From Burkholderiales bacterium (GTDB lineage Bacteria > Patescibacteriota > Minisyncoccia > Phycocordibacterales > UBA9973): a stretch of 64,000 bases of DNA. Every line of letters starts with the position of its first letter. The first letter of the stretch is position 1. Location: contig JAMPXW010000003.1 of the NCBI GenBank assembly GCA_023701005.1, positions 9,148 to 73,147 on the forward strand, given 5' to 3'. Shown here piece after piece: positions 30,343 through 38,194 of this stretch. The notes beneath the pieces are model-generated. The model was not told where the DNA came from. It was given only the letters and a program-made list of their open reading frames with translations, and searched no databases. Both the position numbers and the translations under genes were made by a program.

Positions 30343-31212
30343 ATGAAAACTAAATATAACAAAGGATTTATTCCTATCATAGCGATAGTGATACTTGGAA
30401 TGCTTGTTGTCGCCGGAGGCACAACGGCTTTGATAAGTAGTAAAAAAGAAAATGTAAATAAAATTGCACCCGAAGATAAGAGTGTCCTAAAAAACGAAGA
30501 GGTGTCTTCAAACAAAAACACAGAAGTAAAGACAGAAAAAACGAATATCTCTGAGACAGAAAAACAAGTAAAAATTGAAACAAAAACTCCTCTGGTAGAT
30601 ACAGAAGAAAATGTAAAAACAAAACTAGTAGATACAACAAAAGAACAACCGGCAGAGATACCACAGGAAGTAAAAACTGGACATCTAGGAATAAAATTGA
30701 TCAATGAATTTTTACAAATTCCTACCTTAGACAACCTGAAAGCATTCTGTACTAAAGCAAAAAACGTAGATGGTATATCAGAAAAGAAAGTAATGAATCA
30801 GGACAAAACTGCATATGTGATACAAAAAAATTCTCTCTATGATGAAGTAAAAATATGCAAAACAGCTCTAAATGAATACCAAGGAAGCGAATGGTATAAA
30901 TGGACTTCTTATAAAGAAGATTACTTAATCAAACTAGTAGACCCTAGTGAACCAGACAGCATTAGATCTAAAAAATTGGATTACAACGAAAAGATGTTGT
31001 TAATGAAAGAATATAATTTATTTGCATATGATCCCTCTTCTGCAAGATTTGAAGATGTATCCAACTATTTGAAACCAAACGTGGTGATGGAAAAGATAAT
31101 AGAAATTGATCAAAGCAAAAGAAATAGTATAACATCGAGGATGTATCTAAATTCATTTTTAATACCCGAGAAAGAAATGGTCAAACTCAAAGAAAGACTA
31201 ATAAAACAATAG
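30343..31212 (+). CDS. secreted/membrane-anchored hypothetical protein with pilin-like signal
   Basis: KGF|IPIIAIVILG N-terminus, low-complexity T/E/K stalk. Confidence 0.65.
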   Translation: MKTKYNKGFIPIIAIVILGMLVVAGGTTALISSKKENVNKIAPEDKSVLKNEEVSSNKNTEVKTEKTNISETEKQVKIETKTPLVDTEENVKTKLVDTTKEQPAEIPQEVKTGHLGIKLINEFLQIPTLDNLKAFCTKAKNVDGISEKKVMNQDKTAYVIQKNSLYDEVKICKTALNEYQGSEWYKWTSYKEDYLIKLVDPSEPDSIRSKKLDYNEKMLLMKEYNLFAYDPSSARFEDVSNYLKPNVVMEKIIEIDQSKRNSITSRMYLNSFLIPEKEMVKLKERLIKQ

Positions 31213-31261
31213 ACGCAATTGAAAAAACAAAGAATTCAAAAAATGTCTCAAAATAAACCCT

Positions 31262-31801
31262 TTATAAATAAGGTTGCAAGTCTCTGCAATTTGACCTATC
31301 CAAAAGATTACTAGGGAGACGTGTAGTTATCCAATCAGAATTAGAAAGTAGTAATAACTTCCAAACCCAAGCAGATTCAAAAAACAATCTGGTCCTATCC
31401 TTCCAAGATAATTCAGGGTTAGCATAACAACTAAAACCATCTTCATTTATAAATAAAGTATTATAGGAAGTTATAGCTTTGTATGCTTCTTCCATAAAAC
31501 AAGAAGACAACTTAATCCCTCCACGCTTCTCTAAATCCTTAGCTAAAGCTTCTAAAACAGCATTCAATCGTCCATCCTGTATCCATCTTTTATACCTTCT
31601 ATGACATGTTTGAAAAGACGGAAAACCCTCGCCTTTAGGTAAGCGCCTCCAAGAACCACCTAGCTGAATCACATACAAAATACTATTAAGCACATCTCTA
31701 TCAGAAGTTCTTTTTCTTCCTCTGGTTTCCAAAGAATTACGCTTAATAAGCGGTTCTACTAAAGCCCATTGTTTATCTGTTAACTTAAATGGCAAGATCA
31801 T
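31262..31801 (-). CDS. IS5-like transposase N-terminal (DUF4096-type) domain protein without a DDE domain
   Basis: LTDKQWALVEPL, RGRKR..DR.VLN.ILY, G.SWR.LP, TCHRR...W..DG. Confidence 0.7.
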   Translation of the reverse strand: MILPFKLTDKQWALVEPLIKRNSLETRGRKRTSDRDVLNSILYVIQLGGSWRRLPKGEGFPSFQTCHRRYKRWIQDGRLNAVLEALAKDLEKRGGIKLSSCFMEEAYKAITSYNTLFINEDGFSCYANPELSWKDRTRLFFESAWVWKLLLLSNSDWITTRLPSNLLDRSNCRDLQPYL

Positions 31802-31838
31802 ATATTAATTATAAAATAAATTGATATAATTAAAATGT

Positions 31839-32525
31839 ATGGAAACTAAAGGCGATAAAAATGTGCTAGCGCACATAGCTGATGTGATATTAAAATCGAA
31901 AGTAAAAGACAATAATCAATACTCTGGAATCAAGTATGAGTCTCTTCCGTTTGCAAAAGAAGAAGCTAGAGAAGGACTCAAGGAATTAGCAAGAAACAAG
32001 TACATAGAAATAGAAAAAGATTATGATACATACTTACACGAAGAACCAATACACGACCCATTCCCTATAAATAACCACCCCTCAAAAACAATCTATACAA
32101 TACCGGCCGGAGCATTAGTAAAAATAAAGAATGAAAAAGAACTAAAAAAACTAGCTTCGACTAAATCATTTATAAATCCAAATATCAAAGATTTGAAAAA
32201 AGATGAGAGTACTGGAGATTTTTATTTGAAAGAAGATAAGTTAGAAATGGGACACGAAACCACACATTACACTCTCTTAGAGTTATTCTACGAAAAAGCT
32301 ACTGATGGAGTTATCACACAAGACTCCGCTCTAGAATTTTTTAATGAAAGAAAAATCAAAGTCGGTGGCAAAAAGATAACAAAAGAAAATATAAATAAAA
32401 CAATAAATAACTATACCGCTTCTCTACTAAGATTCGCAAAAATTAAAGGAAAAAGATTCACAAGCTCACCAATAAAAAAAGTGAAAAAAGGCAAATATGT
32501 AATCGGCTGGAAATTCTCTAAATAA
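31839..32525 (+). CDS. hypothetical protein, possible winged-helix regulator
   Basis: 228-aa ORF, basic C-terminus; divergent from the DUF4096 gene. Confidence 0.55.
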   Translation: METKGDKNVLAHIADVILKSKVKDNNQYSGIKYESLPFAKEEAREGLKELARNKYIEIEKDYDTYLHEEPIHDPFPINNHPSKTIYTIPAGALVKIKNEKELKKLASTKSFINPNIKDLKKDESTGDFYLKEDKLEMGHETTHYTLLELFYEKATDGVITQDSALEFFNERKIKVGGKKITKENINKTINNYTASLLRFAKIKGKRFTSSPIKKVKKGKYVIGWKFSK

Positions 32526-32736
32526 TATAATACTTACATTTTACTTATGGATAACCTCAATTGAGGTTATTTTTACATTGCAAACAAAGACTATTTTCTA
32601 AATATAAGTAAAACTAATCAATTCTAAGCTAAAAAAGAAATTCATAGAATAAATATACACAACGCCAAGGCGATCAAAGTAGTTGTGTAAGTCCATCCCT
32701 TGATCCAATCGCCTTGGTCAAGGGATGTATTTATTT

Positions 32737-32949
32737 ATGAAGTTCAGCACAGAACAATTAAACAGACTAAGAACAATCATGGAAAAAGATTATGGGGTTC
32801 TTATGAATGACTCTCAGTTAGAAAAATTCGCATCATCTATAGTACGTTTAGCAAATGTATCTCTAAAAGCTTTGACTGAAGAGAACGACACAGAGTCGCT
32901 CCCTTCAGTGAGGGCTAATGTGTCCTCAATAGCAAATACCAGCACTTAA
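32737..32949 (+). CDS. small hypothetical protein upstream of the recombinase
   Basis: MKFSTEQLNRLRTIMEKDYGV; start 32725 or 32737. Confidence 0.55.
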   Translation: MKFSTEQLNRLRTIMEKDYGVLMNDSQLEKFASSIVRLANVSLKALTEENDTESLPSVRANVSSIANTST

Positions 32950-32958
32950 GTGCCTTTT

Positions 32959-33282
32959 CAAGCCCTGGGCGCACCTATGTGGGGCTTGTAAAAATAAAAT
33001 AGACATAGGATTGGTTTCGTGATCCCGCGATTAAGGGATGAGGGGTGTCACAAGGAAACCAAACCACTGATTGCGGTGTAGCTTAAAAGACCCTAACGCA
33101 ATCAAGTTCACCACCAGTACATTATTATGAGCTGTGTTGGATAGATGGGTCCAAGTAACCTCCGAGATAAAACGGAAAAAGGTACGGCGACCCCCTAAGG
33201 TTCTAAAACCGTGGGGGTTTGGGGGCTATTGGATTCGGGAAAGGTGTCTTTACTAGACTTCTTGAGAAAAATCCAATACCCT
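32959..33282 (+). ncRNA. candidate large structured non-coding element upstream of the LSR
   Basis: At least six stems and a pseudoknot in a GC-enriched intergenic stretch. Confidence 0.5.
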
Positions 33283-33326
33283 TGTGTTTGCATAAATTAT
33301 TAGAAATTAATAACAAAAAAAATAAA

Positions 33327-35036
33327 ATGGAAAAAGAACAACAAAAATTAAACAAATACTTTATTTATTGCAGAAAGTCTACAGACAGCGAAGATAGACA
33401 AATACAATCATTATCAGATCAAATTAGGATATTACAAGAAATGGCAGAAAAGAAAGGTTTAATGATAGTAGAAACCTTACAAGAAGCTAAATCTGCTAAA
33501 GCACCCGGTAGGCCAGTATTCACGAAAATGATTGAGAGAATTAGTAAAGGTGAAGCCAATGGAATAATCACATGGAAATTAAATCGATTAGCGCGTAATC
33601 CTATAGATGGTGGAACTATCAGCTGGCTACTCCAACAAGGAGTGATTAAAGAAATCCTCACCCCGGAAAAAAGCCACTATCCAAATGATAATGCATTAAT
33701 CATGTCAGTAGAATTAGGTATCGCAAATCAATTCATTAGAGACTTAAGTAGTGATGCTAAGCGTGGTATAAAAACAAGAGCAACACAAAAAGGTTACCCA
33801 AATGGAGTTGCTCCTATAGGATACTTAAATGATCTTGTGAAAGCCAAAGGAGATCGTGGCTGGAAAGTAGACGAAGAAAGATTTCCAATAATAAAACAAA
33901 TACTAAAAATGTTTGCCACGGGTAAATACTCAGTGAGACAAATGACTAGTATTGCTAACGAAGAAATGGGATTGAGAACCTTTATAAGGAAAAAACAAGG
34001 TGGAAAGAAAATCGTTGTATCTTACATGGATGTGATATTAAAAAATCCAGTATATGCCGGCTTCTTCTTTCTCAATACAGATAATAGTAGGCATGAAGTA
34101 AACAAAGAAATTCCAAGAATGATCTCTGAAGAAACATATTGGAAAATACAAAAAATTCTTGGAAACAGAGGACGCCCTAGGCCTCACAAAAATATAAAAG
34201 CTTTCGCTTATACAGGTCTCACCAAATGCGGTGGCTGTGGTGGCTCTGTGACGGCTGAAGAAAAATACCAATTAATATGTTCCAGTTGTAAGCATAAATT
34301 CGCCTATGCAAGTAAAAACGAATGCCCCAAATGCAAAACAAAGATAAAAGACATGGAAGATCCTACTTACTTACACTATACCTACTATCACTGCACAAAA
34401 AAGAAAAGAGAACTAAAATGCAAAGAAAGATCAGTGGTGGATACAAAAATCGATGAGACGCTGGCAGACTACTATAAAAAAAACTTAAAAATATCAGCCG
34501 ACTTGTCTAAGTGGTGCATAGAAAATCTACGAGTAATTGAGAAAGAAGAAAAGCAAAATGATTACGAGATAAAAGCGTCTTTACAGAAAACCCTGACATC
34601 AAAAGAAAAAGAGCTTTCAGAACTAGCACTGATGCGCGCCAGAGGGCTTTTGGACGATGAAAGCTTCATTACAGCACAAAATACAATAAAGGAAGATATT
34701 AGCGCCCTTAAGCGAAAATTGAGCGAATTTGAGCATCTTGATCCAGAAAAAGCAGAAAGGATTTACCAAGCATTCGACCTATCGCAAGGCATAGACGAAA
34801 TTATCAGAAATGGCACGCCTGAAGAGAAAAAATCAGTATTATTGGAAATTGGTTCGAACCTAACTCTAAAAGACAAAACAATCAATGTTTATAACAGCGA
34901 ATTGTATTCTGCAATAATAAATGGACTACATTTAGCAAAGTCTGAAATTGAGTGGTTCGAACCTGAAAATTATCAAGCAGAACAAGAACAAAACGCCTCT
35001 TTCGAGGCGCTTCGTTCAACCATGCTCCGGGGGTAG
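33327..35036 (+). CDS. large serine recombinase (resolvase, recombinase, Zn-ribbon, coiled coil)
   Basis: YCRKS catalytic motif, RLARN, NPVYAG, CGGC..YYHC; start moved to MEKEQ; stop TAG lies within tRNA-Asn. Confidence 0.95.
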   Translation: MEKEQQKLNKYFIYCRKSTDSEDRQIQSLSDQIRILQEMAEKKGLMIVETLQEAKSAKAPGRPVFTKMIERISKGEANGIITWKLNRLARNPIDGGTISWLLQQGVIKEILTPEKSHYPNDNALIMSVELGIANQFIRDLSSDAKRGIKTRATQKGYPNGVAPIGYLNDLVKAKGDRGWKVDEERFPIIKQILKMFATGKYSVRQMTSIANEEMGLRTFIRKKQGGKKIVVSYMDVILKNPVYAGFFFLNTDNSRHEVNKEIPRMISEETYWKIQKILGNRGRPRPHKNIKAFAYTGLTKCGGCGGSVTAEEKYQLICSSCKHKFAYASKNECPKCKTKIKDMEDPTYLHYTYYHCTKKKRELKCKERSVVDTKIDETLADYYKKNLKISADLSKWCIENLRVIEKEEKQNDYEIKASLQKTLTSKEKELSELALMRARGLLDDESFITAQNTIKEDISALKRKLSEFEHLDPEKAERIYQAFDLSQGIDEIIRNGTPEEKKSVLLEIGSNLTLKDKTINVYNSELYSAIINGLHLAKSEIEWFEPENYQAEQEQNASFEALRSTMLRG

Positions 35037-35046
35037 GGATCGAACC
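34954..35046. repeat. att junction J4 (LSR 3' end / tRNA-Asn)
   Basis: GGTTCGAACC at 34954, terminator cgcctc-tttc-gaggcg, GCTCCG at 35024, GATCGAAC (tRNA T-loop) at +14. Confidence 0.8.
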
Positions 35047-35062
35047 TACGACCAATCGCTTA

Positions 35063-35631
35063 CACTTTATCTCCTATTACTAGAAGTGTGGACTATATCA
35101 TCTCCATGTTCATAAAATTTATGAATTTAGAAGCAAGGCGCTTCGCGCTCTAACATAAATTAGAGAGCTACTCCATAAATGGATAGTCTCTACACCTTCC
35201 TCAATTTAAAATTGAGGCTTGGCTCGGGATTACCCCATAAGGGCTTCCCCGAATTCACCTTGTTTTTCAACCTAAGTTTTCTTAGGAAGCTGCGTAATAC
35301 CGTCATGTATTTCCATATGACAATTTGCACACAAGAGAACACATTTATCAATTTCTTTTTTGATACGTTCCCATGACCTAGTTAACCCCCTAGAAGAAAG
35401 ATCAAAATCTTTTTCTTTTGGATTTAAGTGATGAAAACTTAATGATCTCTGGCATTTATTATAGCCACACACAATACACTTACCGCCTTTATAGTCTCTA
35501 GCCATTTCACGAAGCTTTTTTCTTCTTCTTGTAACAGCCATTACCATATATTCTCTACGGTCGGCATATGTTCGTTTTTCTACTCGTTTCTTTTTGGTAT
35601 ACACAAGTAGATTATACCACAAACATCCGAC
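35063..35631 (-). ncRNA. group I intron (569 nt) at anticodon position 35/36
   Basis: 5' exon ends in U, intron ends in G; IGS UUACGCAG; GGUGAAUUCGGGGAA..AAUCCCGAGCCAAG (P3/P4); GUAGAGACUA and GAUAUAGUCC (P7). Confidence 0.9.
35272..35604 (-). CDS. intron-encoded HNH endonuclease (putative homing endonuclease)
   Basis: CIVC..FHH..CVLLCANCH.EIH; probable GTG start just after an internal TGGTATAAT. Confidence 0.8.
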   Translation of the reverse strand: MYTKKKRVEKRTYADRREYMVMAVTRRRKKLREMARDYKGGKCIVCGYNKCQRSLSFHHLNPKEKDFDLSSRGLTRSWERIKKEIDKCVLLCANCHMEIHDGITQLPKKT

Positions 35632-35832
35632 ACAGGCGACCGCTCTACCGCTGAGCTACCCCGGAATATTTTATTTTCAATTCTTCTTTTAAATACCATA
35701 ATTTCCACCAAACTATCTACCTATAAGTAGATAAGCCCCGGAATATTATTCAATTAAAAGAACTTTTTATATCTTAACAGAAAATAACTAAAAAACAAGA
35801 TGGCTTTTCGTTTTAGTGTATAATTAAATACA

Positions 35833-36537
35833 ATGGATTATCAATATTTTTATATAGTTTGGACTTTAATATTTTTCGCCATTTGGATGGCTCTTTTTTT
35901 ATATCGCAAAGATTTAAGACATGAAATATCAGTCATAAGTTTTGGTTCTGGGTTCGGAGGGATATTCAGTCAGGCTACTCACATAGAAGACTGGTGGAAT
36001 CCTTTAAGACTAACTCAAACACCCATAGGAATTGAAGATTTTTTAATAGGATTTTCTATTGGAGGAATATGTTCTGTTGTATATGCAATATTGTTTAACC
36101 TAAAAGTCGAACCAAATAATTTTTATTTTACAAAAAATGGTAAAAACGATCGCTTGCTAGGTAATATTTTTTTACTTTCTTTTATTCTCTTATTCTTTTG
36201 GATGTTTTATATACTCAATATTAGTTCATCATATTCTGTATTGATATCATATTTGCTAGGAATATCTGTAATGCTTTTCTTCCGCAGGGATTTAATACAA
36301 AATTCTTTAATAAGTGGACTCATCACTCTCATGTTAGGGTCTCTCATTTATTACTTCCTAATGCTCTTATTCCCAGGATTCATAAATAAATTCTGGTATC
36401 TACCTCAAGTTTGGTATTCTAAAACATTTTTTGATATACCATTAGGAGAATATATCTGGTATTTTCTGACTGGAGCATTCATAGGTCCATTGTATAAATT
36501 TGTCAGAAATAAAAAGACAGTAAGAATAACACCTTAA
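35833..36537 (+). CDS. lycopene cyclase-domain-like membrane protein
   Basis: Multi-TM with duplicated IGIED / IPLGEY motifs. Confidence 0.6.
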   Translation: MDYQYFYIVWTLIFFAIWMALFLYRKDLRHEISVISFGSGFGGIFSQATHIEDWWNPLRLTQTPIGIEDFLIGFSIGGICSVVYAILFNLKVEPNNFYFTKNGKNDRLLGNIFLLSFILLFFWMFYILNISSSYSVLISYLLGISVMLFFRRDLIQNSLISGLITLMLGSLIYYFLMLLFPGFINKFWYLPQVWYSKTFFDIPLGEYIWYFLTGAFIGPLYKFVRNKKTVRITP

Positions 36538-37172
36538 TCACGAGTGGGTGGTCTAAAGAATATATTTTCTAACATTCCTTGACTATTTCCTTTCAAAACC
36601 CTAATAGCGTATTTTTTACCTTTCTTAAAACATTTATCTAAAATCTTTTTGTTTTCAAAAGTTCTTATATCTCCACTATAAAAAGCCCCCATGACTTTAG
36701 CTCCAAAATAAAGAAAAAGTGCCCTCAACCAAAAAGCAGGAAAAGCAAAAAACAAAATATGCTCAGCCCAGTTTGGGGTGCCTCCAGAGACTAAAAAATA
36801 AGTTTTTAAATTGTGAAGCTTACCTACGGGCTGACCAAATTTATTTCTTTGTGTTAAATCAAGGGCAATAAACCTAATCCTGTCTATAAAATTCTTCAAA
36901 TGTGCAGGCACAGAAAAATTATAAGTGGGTGTGGCTATGACTAAACCTGAGATGTCATTTGCTATCTTGCTAACCAATTTTTTGAAATCTTTCTCCCCTT
37001 CTTCTGGGTCTTTACTATTTTCAAAACGATAACTATTTATATGAACATCTTCGAGATAAATCTTTTCTACTTCGATACCAGAAACTTCTCTCATTCCCAA
37101 AATAAAAGAATCCAACATAGTGTCAGAATTCCTTCCACGAGATGGCGAACAAGAAATAGCAAGTATTTTCAT
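36534..37172 (-). CDS. flavodoxin-like / NADPH-dependent FMN reductase
   Basis: ISCSP..GRNS, ATPTYNFSVPAHLKNFIDR. Confidence 0.85.
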   Translation of the reverse strand: MKILAISCSPSRGRNSDTMLDSFILGMREVSGIEVEKIYLEDVHINSYRFENSKDPEEGEKDFKKLVSKIANDISGLVIATPTYNFSVPAHLKNFIDRIRFIALDLTQRNKFGQPVGKLHNLKTYFLVSGGTPNWAEHILFFAFPAFWLRALFLYFGAKVMGAFYSGDIRTFENKKILDKCFKKGKKYAIRVLKGNSQGMLENIFFRPPTRD

Positions 37173-37211
37173 ATCTTTATAATACAACAAATAGATTAAT
37201 TTTTCCTATAT

Positions 37212-37745
37212 TTAAGATTCTTTTTCTTCTTTGAGTTCTAGATTGATATCAAATTTTATTTCTTCTGATACAACAACTCCCCCTTTTTCAAGAGAAGCAT
37301 TCCAATTAAGACCAAAATCTTTGCGATTCAAAGAACCATTTATTTCAAAAGCCATCACATTGCCGCCATACATATCTACCATCTTCCCGTTGAACACAGC
37401 CTCAAAAATAACTTCCTTCGTCACTCCACGCATAGTCAAATCTCCAACAACTACATAATTATTATCATTTTTATTTTTTACACTTTTAGATTTGAAAGAT
37501 ATTAAGGGAAACGAAGAAGCATCAAAAAAATCAGCAGATTTCAAATGTTCATCCCTCATTTGATTGTTAGTATTTACAGTGGCCGCTTCTGCTGAAAAAG
37601 AAATCTCTGCTTTTTCAAAATTATCTTCTGGTAATACAACACTTCCTTCAAAATTACTAAAATTACCTTTTACTGTTGAGATCATCAGATGTTTGACCTT
37701 GAATCCAACTTCAGAATGCATTTTATCTATAGTCCATTTACTCAT
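37212..37745 (-). CDS. YceI family protein
   Basis: WTID..HSEVGFKVKHLMIS, RDEHLKSADFFD, RKDFGL.WN. Confidence 0.93.
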   Translation of the reverse strand: MSKWTIDKMHSEVGFKVKHLMISTVKGNFSNFEGSVVLPEDNFEKAEISFSAEAATVNTNNQMRDEHLKSADFFDASSFPLISFKSKSVKNKNDNNYVVVGDLTMRGVTKEVIFEAVFNGKMVDMYGGNVMAFEINGSLNRKDFGLNWNASLEKGGVVVSEEIKFDINLELKEEKES

Positions 37746-37846
37746 ATATTTTTTATTCATATTAATTATAATAAACTCATCTTAGACTATCTACTTTACT
37801 TTGTAAAGGACTTTACAAGTTAAAGCACAAATGCTACACTTTGTCC

Positions 37847-38146
37847 ATGAAAAACAAACTTCATAATAATTGCCCTGTAGGAAGGGTCGCTTCTCTTCTC
37901 TCTGATACTTGGACCATGCTCATCATTCGAGATCTATTAAAAAAAGAGATGCGCTTTTCTGATTTAGAAAGATCTTTAGAAGGCATCAGCACTCGCACTC
38001 TAATAAAAAAAATAAAATGCCTAGAAAGTGAAGGCATCGTAGAAAAAGAAGACATGCATTATGTCATAACAAAAAGAGGAAAGAAATTAAAGAAAATAAT
38101 AGATGCTATGTCGGAATACGGCAAGACTTTACCTGCTTTAAAATAA
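37847..38146 (+). CDS. HxlR family transcriptional regulator
   Basis: CPV...LL.D.WT.LI.RDL, RFSDL; divergent from yceI. Confidence 0.88.
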   Translation: MKNKLHNNCPVGRVASLLSDTWTMLIIRDLLKKEMRFSDLERSLEGISTRTLIKKIKCLESEGIVEKEDMHYVITKRGKKLKKIIDAMSEYGKTLPALK

Positions 38147-38194
38147 TTTTCTAATAAATGCTAAAAACCTTCTTTTTTGATAGAATAAATAAAT

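Larger units (their letters stand above)
21933..35029. mobile_element. 13.1-kb integrative defence island at the tRNA-Asn 3' end, with large serine recombinase
   Basis: Bounded by J3 and J4 cores; carries AIPR, type I R-M, AlbA_2 and LSR; LSR ORF ends inside the tRNA. Confidence 0.78.
35025..35665 (-). tRNA. tRNA-Asn(GTT) split by a group I intron; exons 35632-35665 and 35025-35062
   Basis: TCCGGGGTAGCTCAGCGGTAGAGCGGTCGCCTGT | TAAGCGATTGGTCGTAGGTTCGATCCCTACCCCCGGAG joins into a full cloverleaf with anticodon GT|T. Confidence 0.93.

Noticed and set aside
31262-31801. Active IS5 element
   Set aside because: No DDE domain, terminal inverted repeats or target duplication seen.
33219-33326. 36-aa N-terminal extension of the LSR from a TTG start
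   Set aside because: Overlaps the structured non-coding element; the ATG at 33327 gives a normal resolvase N-terminus.
35179-35376. 65-aa plus-strand ORF
   Set aside because: Antisense to the group I intron core and HNH gene.
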